From positions 1-64,000 of the IMG/VR virus record IMGVR_UViG_3300010885_055964: a stretch of 64,000 nucleotides of DNA. One strand, written 5' to 3'. Of this stretch, positions 38,283 to 49,284 are shown one piece after another. This DNA is from a virus. Under the pieces are notes generated by a model. It was not told the origin of the DNA and ran no database searches. It saw only the letters and a list, made by a program, of their open reading frames with translations. Each line of letters starts with the position of its first letter. Position 1 is the first letter of the stretch. A program made the position numbers and the translations under genes.

Positions 38283-40001
38283 ATGTTACAGCTTGATTGT
38301 ATAGACCAGCACTTTCCAAAGGCTACTTATCGAGAAGGTCAGAAGGAATCTATACAGTTCGCTGTTGAAGCTTTCAATTCTGGTAAAAAGGTAGTCATAC
38401 TCGAATGCCCAACTGGCAGTGGTAAGTCAGCTATAGGCATGACTTTAGCTAATATGTTTGGAAACAGCTACTATTTAACCATAACTAAAATATTACAGGA
38501 TCAGTTAGTCGATGACTTTGGTGATGCTATTGTGGAACTTAAAGGAAGAAATGCTTATCCTTGCACATTCTATGACAGATATGGTGCCAAGCTAGTAGAA
38601 AGAAAACTGTGGTCGACAGATCAACTAGATAGACTTAGAGATAAAGCTAATTGTTCGAGTGGATTTTGTCGCACTAAATTCAACCAAGGTGATGATAAGT
38701 TCAAATGCAGTAAGTGTTTTTTGGAATCAGGTGTAGACGGTAACCCAAAGCCAAAAGGTGAATTAAAACAGCTACCAGTTGGCATGCAATATAGTGCGTG
38801 TCCTTACTATGAACAAGTTTACAAGGCGATCCGCTCTAGCAGAGTGGTTATGAACTTCTCTAGCTTTTTATTTCAGACTCAGATGACCAAGAGGTTCGAT
38901 CTACCTAGAGATTTAATGATTATAGATGAATGTCATAATATTGAACCACAGTTACTAGAGTTCGTTAGTTTTAGCATTAATGATCAGCATTTAAGCACAG
39001 CTGGTATTCAAATTCCGGAATTAGATACGGCTAAAGAATATAGAGATTGGATGTTAGAAGCTAGCATCAAAGAAGTCTTATTTGATCGTATCAAATTAGC
39101 TTCTAGCCAAGGTGACGCAAAATTAGAAGATGATTTATCTAGATCGCTCAAAAAGTACCAGATGTTTATTGATAATATGCAGGAAGAAGATGCAGAATGG
39201 ATATGTGAATACGAGCAAGTCGGCAGCCATGTATCAGCTTATCGTAAGGTAACTCTTAAGCCTGTCTTTGTAAAGAAATTCGTTCATAAGTTACTATTCA
39301 AGTATGCTACTAATATTTTAATGATGAGTGCTACAGTGTTGGATGTGAATGTTATGTGTGGTGCGTTGGGTATAGATAGAGAACATGTGGCTGCTTACCG
39401 CGTTAAGAATAGGTTTCCTAAAGCTAATAGACCAATATTTCTTCAAACTGTTGCTAAGATGACTGGTGGTAAGCAAAGGATGGCAGAGTGGGGTCCGCCT
39501 TTACTAAAGAAAGTGGTAGAAATAGTACGCAAGCACCAGGGCCAGAAGGGTATTATACATACGCATAATTTCGCTATCATGGATATTATATTAAATAAGA
39601 GTGACCCTGATGTGCGAAAGAGATTTCTGGATCAGCGAGATTTTAAAGACAAGAAAGAATTAATACAATACCACAGTCAGTCAAAGCAAGACACTGTGCT
39701 TGTAGCCCCAGCAATGCACGAAGGAGTAGATCTAATAGGAGATCTAAGTAGATTCCAAATAATATGCAAGGTTCCTTATCCTAATTGCTTTGATGATAAG
39801 CAATTAGCACGTAGGGTAGAATTAGATAGAAAGTATTACACTTGGTTGACTACATTAAAGCTAATTCAATCTTATGGCCGATCGATTAGAAGTGTAGAAG
39901 ATCGTGCCGATACATACATTTTAGATGAGTCAATTTACAAACTACTCAAGGACGCGGGTAAGATGATTCCCGCTTGGTTCACCGAAGCCATAGTGGAATA
40001 A
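38283..40001 (+). CDS. DinG/Rad3-like SF2 helicase
   Basis: PTGSGKS, ELKGRNAYPC, Cys cluster, IDECH, MSAT, EGVDL, QSYGRSIR. Confidence 0.9.
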   Translation: MLQLDCIDQHFPKATYREGQKESIQFAVEAFNSGKKVVILECPTGSGKSAIGMTLANMFGNSYYLTITKILQDQLVDDFGDAIVELKGRNAYPCTFYDRYGAKLVERKLWSTDQLDRLRDKANCSSGFCRTKFNQGDDKFKCSKCFLESGVDGNPKPKGELKQLPVGMQYSACPYYEQVYKAIRSSRVVMNFSSFLFQTQMTKRFDLPRDLMIIDECHNIEPQLLEFVSFSINDQHLSTAGIQIPELDTAKEYRDWMLEASIKEVLFDRIKLASSQGDAKLEDDLSRSLKKYQMFIDNMQEEDAEWICEYEQVGSHVSAYRKVTLKPVFVKKFVHKLLFKYATNILMMSATVLDVNVMCGALGIDREHVAAYRVKNRFPKANRPIFLQTVAKMTGGKQRMAEWGPPLLKKVVEIVRKHQGQKGIIHTHNFAIMDIILNKSDPDVRKRFLDQRDFKDKKELIQYHSQSKQDTVLVAPAMHEGVDLIGDLSRFQIICKVPYPNCFDDKQLARRVELDRKYYTWLTTLKLIQSYGRSIRSVEDRADTYILDESIYKLLKDAGKMIPAWFTEAIVE

Positions 40002-40002
40002 A

Positions 40003-41835
40003 ATGTTAGAAATCAAAAGTGTCGAATGGCGTAACTTTATGTCTTACGGTGATTACGATACCGTTATAGACATAGATACTTTAGGACAATGCTTAATAAC
40101 TGGTGAAGTAATTGGCCAAGATAAATTGGTATATGACGAAAGTAATATCATCAAGAAATCGAATGGTGCGGGTAAGTCTACTATTCCGAATGTTATATTA
40201 TGGACTCTGTTTGGTCGCACTATGCATTCTCATAACCCAGGCGACAAAGTAATCAATTGGTTTACTGGCTCTGATTGCAGATGCAAAGTCACATTCACCA
40301 ATGGCGATTACATCATTCGGACAAGGAAATCCGATGGTAAAAACGAATTAGCTTTGGTTAAGGATGGAGATGAAACCAATCTGGTTTCAGATACGCTTTC
40401 TACTCTTAAAAATCAACAGAAGTTGATTAATCAAATATTCGATCTTGATTGGGAGTTATTATGTGGTTCCATGTTCTTCAATCAATATAGTAAACCATGG
40501 ATGGAAATGGCTGATTCTACTAGGAAGAAAGCAATTGAGAGAGCTTTACATGTAGATAGATTTGAATATAGAGCTAAAGTAGCAAAGAATAAAAAAGACT
40601 ATTTAGACAACCAAGTAGAATCCAAAAAACGAGAAATAGATGACCTCAATAGGGAGACTGACCGATTATCACAGGAGCTTATTAGAGTTAAGCAAGCTTG
40701 CGAGAGCTTTGATACGAGTAGAAGTGAGCGGAAACAAAAAGCTTTGGAAAATGCAGCATTAGCACAGAAGAATAGAGACGATATAACCAAACCCGATTTG
40801 GAAAAATTAAGAGCCAAGTGGGACATAGTCAAAAAAGTCCGTGAAAAAATCCAGATTATGCAGGATCAGGCTAATGATCTGTCTAGATCTATAGCTACAT
40901 TAGAAGGATCGGTTTCAAGCGATAGACAAAAAATATCTTTATGGCGTTCTAAAGCTGGAAAGATATGCAGCAGCTGTGAGCAGTCTGTGCCCGACGGCCA
41001 TACCCATGACAAGATCAAGCCTTATGAAGACCATTTAGCTGAAACGTTATCCAAGATAACTGAGAAGCAGGAGTCTGCCACTCAAGTAGCTGCAATGATG
41101 GATAAGGCTAAGCAGTTATTAAAGGATAAAACTCCTGATATGACTATGAGCGATGCTGCTTCTATTATTGACAGATGGAACATACAAGATAAAGACATAC
41201 AGAGATACCTTGATCTTGCCAAGGAGATACAGACAGAAGACAATCCGCACCAAAAGTCTATTAATAACGTTGAGCTGCTTATACAAAAAATAACCGTTAA
41301 ATTAGCTGAAGCTCATAGTGAAATAGAAAAATTAGATTATCTTAATAGGCATTACCATTATGTGTACAAGGCGTGGAGCGATCGTACCAAAATTAAGAGC
41401 TTTGTGTTTAAAGAGCATATACCTTATATCAATGAGAGGCTCAAGCATTATTTGAATGTTTTTGGTTTAGACATACAGATCGAATTAACTGCAGCATTGG
41501 GTATCAGTAGTAACCTATGGGGATACGAGTTTGAGTCAGGTGGTGAACGTAAAAGAACTGACGTTGCTTTTATGCTTTCGATGTTTGACTTTCACGAGCA
41601 GATGTATGGCCGTCAATCGAACTTATTGGTGTTAGATGAGGTCGACGGCAGGTTAGATGACGATGGTATAGATTCTCTAATCAATATCATCAAGAATGAC
41701 CTGGCACCCAAGGTAGAATCGGTGTTGATCATATCACATAGAAATATGATGCATGACACTTTTGCCAGAGAACTAGTGGTTAAACGTGAGGGGGCTGATG
41801 ATTTTAGAGGTTTTTCTCGTTTAGAACTGGTATAA
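40003..41835 (+). CDS. sbcC: Rad50/SbcC-like ATPase (T4 gp46-like)
   Basis: SNGAGKST, coiled coil with CSSC hook, ESGGE, LLVLDEVD, ISH. Confidence 0.92.
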   Translation: MLEIKSVEWRNFMSYGDYDTVIDIDTLGQCLITGEVIGQDKLVYDESNIIKKSNGAGKSTIPNVILWTLFGRTMHSHNPGDKVINWFTGSDCRCKVTFTNGDYIIRTRKSDGKNELALVKDGDETNLVSDTLSTLKNQQKLINQIFDLDWELLCGSMFFNQYSKPWMEMADSTRKKAIERALHVDRFEYRAKVAKNKKDYLDNQVESKKREIDDLNRETDRLSQELIRVKQACESFDTSRSERKQKALENAALAQKNRDDITKPDLEKLRAKWDIVKKVREKIQIMQDQANDLSRSIATLEGSVSSDRQKISLWRSKAGKICSSCEQSVPDGHTHDKIKPYEDHLAETLSKITEKQESATQVAAMMDKAKQLLKDKTPDMTMSDAASIIDRWNIQDKDIQRYLDLAKEIQTEDNPHQKSINNVELLIQKITVKLAEAHSEIEKLDYLNRHYHYVYKAWSDRTKIKSFVFKEHIPYINERLKHYLNVFGLDIQIELTAALGISSNLWGYEFESGGERKRTDVAFMLSMFDFHEQMYGRQSNLLVLDEVDGRLDDDGIDSLINIIKNDLAPKVESVLIISHRNMMHDTFARELVVKREGADDFRGFSRLELV

Positions 41836-41892
41836 ATATATCTTTTAGCATATTACTAACCAAATATATATTGATAGAAATAGGAGCCAAAG

Positions 41893-42432
41893 ATGGATTC
41901 TTACGTCACAGATAGAATCAGGTATAGAGCGAATGCAGAGGTAGTACGTCGTCTGTTGATTAAATACTTTATGGAAAAGGGATATAATGAGTCATTTGAT
42001 AGGCAATTATACCCATGTATAATACAGGATCTACCTATGGTTATACCAGTATTATCTTCTAAGGTAGAAATAATTCCTCATATGGAAAATTTAGATAATA
42101 TACAAGGCAAAGCTGTTCTAGGATGGAATCTATTTGTGCTCGGAAATCAGCGAATGTATCTAGGTGACACATATCACAACGACCTGCAAACATTAGCTAG
42201 ACAAATCAAATCTAAGACTTTTTTGATACCTGAGGGAGTTAATCCTAATGCTACAAGGTTATCGACACCTCGCCGCATTATTCATTTTATAATGCGGGCG
42301 TTACAAGGTCATGAGGGAGGGTACGTAGATTTAGCTGCTCCCACTCACACGAACACTTTCCGAATGGGTGCTAATTTCAACGGCTTGGGTATGCAACCTC
42401 AGTTTTATAACCGTAGCGGATATGGGACTTAA
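41893..42432 (+). CDS. Hypothetical protein
   Basis: 179 aa, AGGAG RBS. Confidence 0.65.
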   Translation: MDSYVTDRIRYRANAEVVRRLLIKYFMEKGYNESFDRQLYPCIIQDLPMVIPVLSSKVEIIPHMENLDNIQGKAVLGWNLFVLGNQRMYLGDTYHNDLQTLARQIKSKTFLIPEGVNPNATRLSTPRRIIHFIMRALQGHEGGYVDLAAPTHTNTFRMGANFNGLGMQPQFYNRSGYGT

Positions 42433-42436
42433 AATC

Positions 42437-42859
42437 ATGCACATTGGAAAAGTATATGTAGCAGGTATGTTAGGAAATAATCAAGAGATCAGAATGATCC
42501 AAGATATGTTGAGAGCCAATCAAATACTAATAACATATGATTGGACCACTCACGGTCGGGTAAATGATAGAAGCCAACTTACAGAGATAGCAAAGAAAGA
42601 ACAACAAGGCGTGTCCGATTGCGATGTATTCTTTGCTGTATTGCCAGGCGGTGGAGGTACCCATTGTGAGCTTGGTATGGCTATAACACTAAATAAGCAG
42701 ATTATATTATTAGAAACTGGTAATGTAGAGGAGAAATCTTTTTATAATTTGCCAAATATTCACAGAATCCAAAACGTTGGTCCGGGTTATGAGTCGATAT
42801 ATGACGCCGTACGGCAGACAGTACTATTATTAAACCGTATCAATCAAAACGATAATTAG
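42437..42859 (+). CDS. Nucleoside 2-deoxyribosyltransferase / DNPH1-like N-glycosidase
   Basis: KVYVAG, YDWT, D..GVSDCD, GGGTHCELGMA. Confidence 0.78.
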   Translation: MHIGKVYVAGMLGNNQEIRMIQDMLRANQILITYDWTTHGRVNDRSQLTEIAKKEQQGVSDCDVFFAVLPGGGGTHCELGMAITLNKQIILLETGNVEEKSFYNLPNIHRIQNVGPGYESIYDAVRQTVLLLNRINQNDN

Positions 42860-42890
42860 AAGATAAAATATACTTCATACACAAACATAA

Positions 42891-42898
42891 TATAAATA
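42891..42898 (+). promoter_or_regulatory. Possible T4-type late promoter TATAAATA
   Basis: Exact match to the T4 late consensus just upstream of the GGAGG RBS of 42912; single occurrence noted in an AT-rich context. Confidence 0.3.
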
Positions 42899-42911
42899 AT
42901 GGAGGATAATT

Positions 42912-44504
42912 ATGTTAGTATGGTCATTATCTGTGACTGTAACCTATACTGATGGTTCGTGGTCAGGTACTGATTATACTTATCATAGAGGCACATTGAT
43001 AATTAACGGTCCAGATGTAGCGTCACTTACGCGAGTCAAATCATTGTGGGCCATTCTGGGCATGAATCCTAGTTCAGAATCACCTACTAGAACCGACGTT
43101 ACGGACGTAGTTTTTAGGTTTATGTCAATCTATACTAACTCATATATTAACGTTCTAGGATCTAATGAATCGTTAGATATTCAATCTAACGATACCCAGG
43201 CCGTGATTCAAGCTTTGCAAAATAACCCTGAGTTTAGTGAAAAGTTTTTAAGCAATTCATATGCTTTGATATTTGGGGCAGATAATGAATCGGGCTTATA
43301 TACTTATCCTCAGAGTGTGACAGCAGACACGTCAGGAGTATACTCATTATCTCGTTTAGATGGCCAGAGTAATGTAATAGTAGTAAGAAAATTGAGCGGC
43401 TCCCAAATACTATGGACCACATCTTTAGATAGCTTGGCTGATCATTCACCTAGTCGTATTAGGATTAATCCAGTCGATGGCTATTTATATGTGCTCGTTG
43501 CCAGCGGTATCATTAAAATATCGCCGGATAACGGGAATGTGGCTTGGTCTTATTATGATCAAAACGGTGGCATTAATAACTTGTTCTATAGTATAGGATT
43601 TAAATCTAACGGCGATTTGATAACTGTTAGCAGCGGGAACGCCCCCTTTGCTGCTAACAAGATAATCATAGCGACTTGGAGGGGATTCTCTATTTCAGCA
43701 GTTAAGTTATCCGAACACGAAATATCATTAGCTGGACCTCGAGAATTATATATCAACGCTGATATTCTTGTGGATTCATCGGACAATGTCATAATACCAA
43801 TAGACTATTATAGTAATGGTTATGGTACTATGGTCGTAAAATGGAATACATCATCCGCCAGTGTAATTTGGCAATATAATATTTATGAATCTTATTACGA
43901 TGATCAAGATCAAGATTGCACTGCCTGTGGTATGGACGATTTAGGGAATATTTATATAAATGGTTATGGTAGAGGTCTAACTAAACTCAGTCCCGATGGT
44001 AATCTTATATGGGCCAGACTGATTAATAGATATATGCCGGGAATGGGTGTATTTAGCAATGGTGATTGTATAATGTATGGTGATCCAGGTAATGATTTAA
44101 GCCTAGTTAAAATAAATGCACAAGGAGCGATTGAGTGGGCCACGGTGATAACGTCTACTCATGATTTAGATAATGGTGGATGGTACCTGTCGGCTAATTC
44201 GATGGCTCAAGTAGTTAATAATAGATTGTATTTGGTAGCTGGATATACTGTTTATGGTGAACATGAATTAATTATTAATCTTGGCTCTAATCAGGATCTG
44301 GGCACATACTCAGCTATCGATGGCCTAAATACTTTAGATCTAACGTTTACAGATAATGCTAGCGATTTGAGTATCGAGACTGTAACGCCAGTAAATGATC
44401 ATATAAGCATTACACATGTGCCTTCGACTAACTTAGTAGAAGCTATGATCAATCCGATAATTGTTACGACTAGTCAGACAGTAACCAAGATAAGCATAGG
44501 GTAA
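42912..44504 (+). CDS. Beta-propeller repeat protein (probable virion component)
   Basis: Repeated LxKlxxdGxxxW blades. Confidence 0.7.
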   Translation: MLVWSLSVTVTYTDGSWSGTDYTYHRGTLIINGPDVASLTRVKSLWAILGMNPSSESPTRTDVTDVVFRFMSIYTNSYINVLGSNESLDIQSNDTQAVIQALQNNPEFSEKFLSNSYALIFGADNESGLYTYPQSVTADTSGVYSLSRLDGQSNVIVVRKLSGSQILWTTSLDSLADHSPSRIRINPVDGYLYVLVASGIIKISPDNGNVAWSYYDQNGGINNLFYSIGFKSNGDLITVSSGNAPFAANKIIIATWRGFSISAVKLSEHEISLAGPRELYINADILVDSSDNVIIPIDYYSNGYGTMVVKWNTSSASVIWQYNIYESYYDDQDQDCTACGMDDLGNIYINGYGRGLTKLSPDGNLIWARLINRYMPGMGVFSNGDCIMYGDPGNDLSLVKINAQGAIEWATVITSTHDLDNGGWYLSANSMAQVVNNRLYLVAGYTVYGEHELIINLGSNQDLGTYSAIDGLNTLDLTFTDNASDLSIETVTPVNDHISITHVPSTNLVEAMINPIIVTTSQTVTKISIG

Positions 44505-44508
44505 GAAC

Positions 44509-44778
44509 ATGAAATCACTAGTAGAACAGAGTATTACTATAAAGAGCACGAGCAAGGGTCCGAAAGTTAAGACTATCTTCGATCAGGTAGAAAGAGGCCT
44601 GTCTAAATATTTAGACATATCAGAATTATCTGGTAAGTCTGCTGTCGTAGAATATCAATATGTGGAGGCACAGCTGACCAGTTCGCAAGTATCATATATA
44701 TCAATACCAGCAGACCTAGATGAATTAGGTGTAAAAGAATATATCATAGCAGCAATTACTCAAACATTAAATAATTGA
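44509..44778 (+). CDS. Hypothetical protein
   Basis: 89-aa ORF. Confidence 0.5.
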   Translation: MKSLVEQSITIKSTSKGPKVKTIFDQVERGLSKYLDISELSGKSAVVEYQYVEAQLTSSQVSYISIPADLDELGVKEYIIAAITQTLNN

Positions 44779-44867
44779 AGGTCATAAGAATTGTAACCAG
44801 ATAAGTCTGAATAAAAGTATATATGACCAGCTAAGGCACCAGATATTAAGCACATAGAGAGACAGAC

Positions 44868-45566
44868 ATGACTATTAATTCCCTTTGGGTGGCTGGCGAA
44901 TTACTACCAATTAACCATCTCACGATCGCTTCTTTCAAAGCTAATGGGCATGAATTTGTTCTATGGACTTATGAAAATGATTTGAAAGCTGATTGTATCA
45001 TTAAGGACGCTCGCACTATATTACCAGATACAGAAATATTTTATTATAAGAATATGAATGGAGGTGGGCCTCAGTGGAAATTCGGTGGTATATCTGATAG
45101 GCTTCGTGCTGAATTGATATATGCTATCGGAGGGTGGCATGTAGATTTAGATGTCACTTGTTTGAGGCCGTTTGACGATTTGAATGATGAGTATGTTTTT
45201 GCACCACACCCGCTAGGAATAGTAGCGAATATTATAAAAGCACCCAAAGGCTCAGAATTCGCTAAACGTTATGTAGAACTTACAAAGAAAGTCGATGCAG
45301 ATAACACCAAATGGACTAAATCTTTTGACGGTCTTATTGATATAGTCAAAGAGTTAGAACTTGAACGATATATACAGCCTATTTCGACTTTTGGGATAGA
45401 TGAAGATGCCTATATAGTCCCATTATTAAAAGATTCTAAAATAGCTCCTTCAAAGGAGAGACACGCGATTCATTGGTGTGGTGCCATGCAATGGTATCAA
45501 AATAATGAGGCAGGCTCTTTTTATTCGTTACTACTCGAGAAATATAATGTTACTACTGAGCGATAG
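44868..45566 (+). CDS. DXD glycosyltransferase (GT32-like)
   Basis: SLW, SDRLRAELIYAIGGWHVDLDV, HWCGA. Confidence 0.85.
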   Translation: MTINSLWVAGELLPINHLTIASFKANGHEFVLWTYENDLKADCIIKDARTILPDTEIFYYKNMNGGGPQWKFGGISDRLRAELIYAIGGWHVDLDVTCLRPFDDLNDEYVFAPHPLGIVANIIKAPKGSEFAKRYVELTKKVDADNTKWTKSFDGLIDIVKELELERYIQPISTFGIDEDAYIVPLLKDSKIAPSKERHAIHWCGAMQWYQNNEAGSFYSLLLEKYNVTTER

Positions 45567-46242
45567 AGTTAGTATAGTCATACCATGTTACAACCAAGGA
45601 CACTTTTTGCATGATGCTATAGAATGCTCTCTAAATCAAACTCACAAGAACATAGAAGTAATAGTGGTGAATGATGGTAGTACTGATAATACACGCGATG
45701 TGGCCCACTCATATGGCCCAAAAATCATATATATAGAACAAGAGAATCGAGGATTGAGCGCAGCCAGAAACTTAGGGATCAGATTATCGACTGGTAAATG
45801 GATTATTGCGCTTGACGCTGATGATAAGATACATTTGGATTATGTCAAAAGGTTGATAGGAGTAGACGATATTGTATGTTCCTATCTCCGTTGCTTTGGA
45901 GATAATTATGATGAATGCAAGCTTCCGAAAGCACACCCTACCCATAATGATTTTCTACTACAGAATCATTTGTATTATAGCGCTATGTTTAAGAAGGAAA
46001 TTTGGGAGAAGATAGGAGGTTATGACGAACAGCAATTTATACGTGGAGAACAGAGAGTAAATGGTTTTGAAGATTATAAGTTTTGGCTACGGGCCACTAA
46101 AGCAGGTTACACAATTACTGTTGTTCCAGAATTTATGTTCTTCTATCGTAAACACGGCAGAAGCATGATAAGTGAGGCAAATATCAATAGGGATAAGATA
46201 TTAGCATACATGCGACAAGAATTCCCATTAATAAATCAATGA
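45547..46242 (+). CDS. GT2 glycosyltransferase
   Basis: SIVIPCYN, VNDGSTD, GLSAARN, LDADD, EDYKFW; start moved to 45547. Confidence 0.92.
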   Translation: MLLLSDRVSIVIPCYNQGHFLHDAIECSLNQTHKNIEVIVVNDGSTDNTRDVAHSYGPKIIYIEQENRGLSAARNLGIRLSTGKWIIALDADDKIHLDYVKRLIGVDDIVCSYLRCFGDNYDECKLPKAHPTHNDFLLQNHLYYSAMFKKEIWEKIGGYDEQQFIRGEQRVNGFEDYKFWLRATKAGYTITVVPEFMFFYRKHGRSMISEANINRDKILAYMRQEFPLINQ

Positions 46243-46243
46243 T

Positions 46244-46759
46244 ATGGGCAGACTCAGAAACATATACGAAGAAGATTCTGATTTTAATCTAAGCATATTC
46301 GACCAGCCCAGACGCAAAATATTAAGAATAGATCCTGATGACTCGAGAAGATTTACACTAGAGTTGTATCGTGGCTTTGACGCTGATTTAAGTAAGATAC
46401 AAAAAGATAAGAATGGATCTTTAATTTTTAGCCCTAAGAAAAGCCAACAGGGTTTGATTTGGTTTACGCATCAGATGATTAGTCATCATGATCCTGTTGA
46501 ATATGCTAAGGCTCATGGCGAATGGTTATTAACATATCCTTTAGAGTGCATTAGGCATTTTACTAGGCGTTGGTATGATGACGGTGACTATTATGACGAT
46601 ATACCAGAGAGCATTAAAAAGCAGACTGTACACACAGAGAATTGTAGATATTATATGGGTATAGAGTTGCCTGAAGGTTGGGTTTTTAGTTATAAAACAC
46701 AAAAATTCATTGGTTGCTCTAACGAGTTGTTGGTGAGTGCCGATATGATATCCAAGTAA
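46244..46759 (+). CDS. Hypothetical protein (LYRG...WFT pattern, weakly ART-like)
   Basis: 171 aa; motif resemblance only. Confidence 0.5.
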   Translation: MGRLRNIYEEDSDFNLSIFDQPRRKILRIDPDDSRRFTLELYRGFDADLSKIQKDKNGSLIFSPKKSQQGLIWFTHQMISHHDPVEYAKAHGEWLLTYPLECIRHFTRRWYDDGDYYDDIPESIKKQTVHTENCRYYMGIELPEGWVFSYKTQKFIGCSNELLVSADMISK

Positions 46760-47544
46760 TGATACTACCACACGATAAAAACGAATATCTTATATCTAAA
46801 CGATTAGTAGTAGCGATGGTTGAATATACGAGTAGGTGTAATTTAAGATGCTCATATTGTAAAGTAAGCCAACGCGATTGGGTCGGTGTAGACTTATCTG
46901 AAGACATGGCCACTATGGTCACGAATCAGATAATCAAGGCCGCTCCAAATGTGGTTATAATGCATGGTCATGGTGAAACGACTATGCTTAAGAATTGGGT
47001 AGAACATGCTAGTTATTTAGAACGTGCTGGAATTAAATTAAGTATTTGTAGCAATCTGTCTAAAGAATATGATGAGCAAGAGTTACTAGCTCTATCTAAA
47101 TTCGCACATATAGCAGTAAGTATTGACACAGTAAACGCGTCGTTATTTAAAACACTACGCAGAGGTGCCGACATCTATAGAGTATTATATAACATAGTCC
47201 GTATAAAGATGATAGCTGCTAGCTATGATAGGCAGATATTTATTACATGGAGCATTGTGTGTTGTGATAAAACATTACCAGGATTATTAGAGCTAGTCCG
47301 TTACGGTATAGAACTGGATATCAATGGATTTACTTTTTGTAATTTGACCGTTTATGATAATTTGAGCAATGATATGAATCTAATACATATATCGGAGTTA
47401 TCTATTGACGACTGTGTCCGAGCTTTAGATATATTCGACCAAATAAAAGAATTATGTGGTAATAATAATAAGGTCTGCCAAATAAGCGCTGGTATCATCG
47501 ATACAATAGTTCAAAAATTAGAGTCATCAGGAGCTAACATATAA
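46759..47544 (+). CDS. Radical SAM core domain (no SPASM)
   Basis: CNLRCSYC, GHGE, CSN, VSID. Confidence 0.88.
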   Translation: MILPHDKNEYLISKRLVVAMVEYTSRCNLRCSYCKVSQRDWVGVDLSEDMATMVTNQIIKAAPNVVIMHGHGETTMLKNWVEHASYLERAGIKLSICSNLSKEYDEQELLALSKFAHIAVSIDTVNASLFKTLRRGADIYRVLYNIVRIKMIAASYDRQIFITWSIVCCDKTLPGLLELVRYGIELDINGFTFCNLTVYDNLSNDMNLIHISELSIDDCVRALDIFDQIKELCGNNNKVCQISAGIIDTIVQKLESSGANI

Positions 47545-47864
47545 TGAATAATGAGACTAAGTACTATTCGGTAGCACCTCCTGCTGGGATGACTCGCTTG
47601 TGCTTAGATGCTTGGGGCAAGTGCTTCGTTAAATCCAACGGCGATGTGTGGTTATGTTGTAACAGTACTTTGGTAGGCAATATAAAAAATGACGAATTGA
47701 TGGATATACTCAATAATGTTCAAGCTCAGGCATATAGAAAAGGGCTATTAGACGGTGTTCTACTGCCTGTATGTAAGAATTGCATAGACAAACCAATATG
47801 CACGGTAGAAGCATTATCTTCTGCCGTGAAGGCTTTCTACCACTTCGGTCAATTCGATTATTAA
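47544..47864 (+). CDS. Stand-alone SPASM/Twitch Fe-S domain
   Basis: CLDAW...KSNGDVWLCC...VGNI...CKNC; TAATG-coupled to the rSAM gene. Confidence 0.82.
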   Translation: MNNETKYYSVAPPAGMTRLCLDAWGKCFVKSNGDVWLCCNSTLVGNIKNDELMDILNNVQAQAYRKGLLDGVLLPVCKNCIDKPICTVEALSSAVKAFYHFGQFDY

Positions 47865-47866
47865 TA

Positions 47867-49207
47867 TTATGACTCTGGGAACATGCCGTGGGCCAGCATG
47901 TTGATTCTTATGGTCTCTTTATGTTGATTAACTGCTCGAGTTGTTATCCGCATATGACGAGCGATATGATTGATGCATGCCCTCTTATCACCATATTGTT
48001 TAGTGAACTCGATGAAAGAGTCACCTCGACCAGCCCAAATATCGAACACAAGTTGACATTCTCCATCCGGCAGAGAATTTCTTATAGCTGTTAATACATC
48101 TTCGTTGTCTATAGTCGCGGTGTGACTTTCTTGGTACATTTGCTCAGCTCCAATGGTTCTGTAAGAGACCTGTGAAATGGTAAAACTTTGACCTTCATCA
48201 TCATCATCCGAATTGTTTGGGCCATTGAGCATTAGAACATGCTCAGATTTAGTGACATATGCTTCCAGGAAAGGCACATCATCACTCTTACGAATAATAA
48301 TACTGTTATCACTAGTTATGATAGGGATATTATTACTTTCCGCCTTACACAATATATCTAAGAATTCCGCTGTAAACTCTGGTGGAGTTTTCAGGCCAGA
48401 CACGATAATAACATATTCTTTCTTGGTGCGTGTATCTTTATCATAATGATGTTCTATTTTCATCTTGGAGCAAAGGCACAATATTTCTTCTAATATGATT
48501 TCATCACCAGGCCCATGTATAAATTGAGGGCCTTTATGATGCTCAAACCTGCTATTCTCCTTGAGCATCTGTCGGAAATAGTTCCACAAGTATTCGCTGA
48601 AGAATTTAACCAACTGATCATCATCATTCAATATATTGTCAGGGTTATCGAATCTAGTGCTTATCACATGGTAAGATATTGTGGTTTTACACTCTGGGGT
48701 TATCTGTTCGCAGTTGAAATCTGCGTAGGCTTTTTGGTATTGAGCATGATCAACATACTGGCCGACAGTGAATGCAGTATCGCCAGACTTAATTATTTCA
48801 ACGCAGTTACAAGATGGGCAGATGGGATATTGTCTGTCGAACTCTTTATTACGACCATTTTTACCGATATAAGAAGACTTTAGACAGTGCCTGCAAGAGA
48901 ATCTGTATTTGTTATGGTATATTAGATCAACTGCACCTCTCCATATTGCTATTTGAAACTCTTCTTCGGCCACTGCACGGTCATCTTTATAATCAGCACC
49001 AATGGTGCTGCCTAGCTCTTTGATAAACCTAGCTTTGTGGTTAGCCATTTTAGGATGGCTCGATATCCTCTCTATTGTTTTTTCGATATATTTTTGCTGT
49101 TCTTGAGTTAGGTTAGCCATCGTGACATTAGCGAGAGAACCACGAAGCAGTAATTGGCTCATCTGACGTACTATCGACATCGACTTACTCCTTGTCGTTG
49201 TGGACAT
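47867..49207 (-). CDS. Zinc-ribbon protein with C-terminal sigma-region-4-like HTH
   Basis: CRHC and CPSC; INHIARHMRITTRAVNQHKETIR. Confidence 0.55.
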   Translation of the reverse strand: MSTTTRSKSMSIVRQMSQLLLRGSLANVTMANLTQEQQKYIEKTIERISSHPKMANHKARFIKELGSTIGADYKDDRAVAEEEFQIAIWRGAVDLIYHNKYRFSCRHCLKSSYIGKNGRNKEFDRQYPICPSCNCVEIIKSGDTAFTVGQYVDHAQYQKAYADFNCEQITPECKTTISYHVISTRFDNPDNILNDDDQLVKFFSEYLWNYFRQMLKENSRFEHHKGPQFIHGPGDEIILEEILCLCSKMKIEHHYDKDTRTKKEYVIIVSGLKTPPEFTAEFLDILCKAESNNIPIITSDNSIIIRKSDDVPFLEAYVTKSEHVLMLNGPNNSDDDDEGQSFTISQVSYRTIGAEQMYQESHTATIDNEDVLTAIRNSLPDGECQLVFDIWAGRGDSFIEFTKQYGDKRACINHIARHMRITTRAVNQHKETIRINMLAHGMFPES

Positions 49208-49284
49208 TAAGGGATTAATGTCCGTTATAGTAAACTACTCCCGTATTACTGAATTAACACCTTTGGATAATAACAGGAGCTAAC

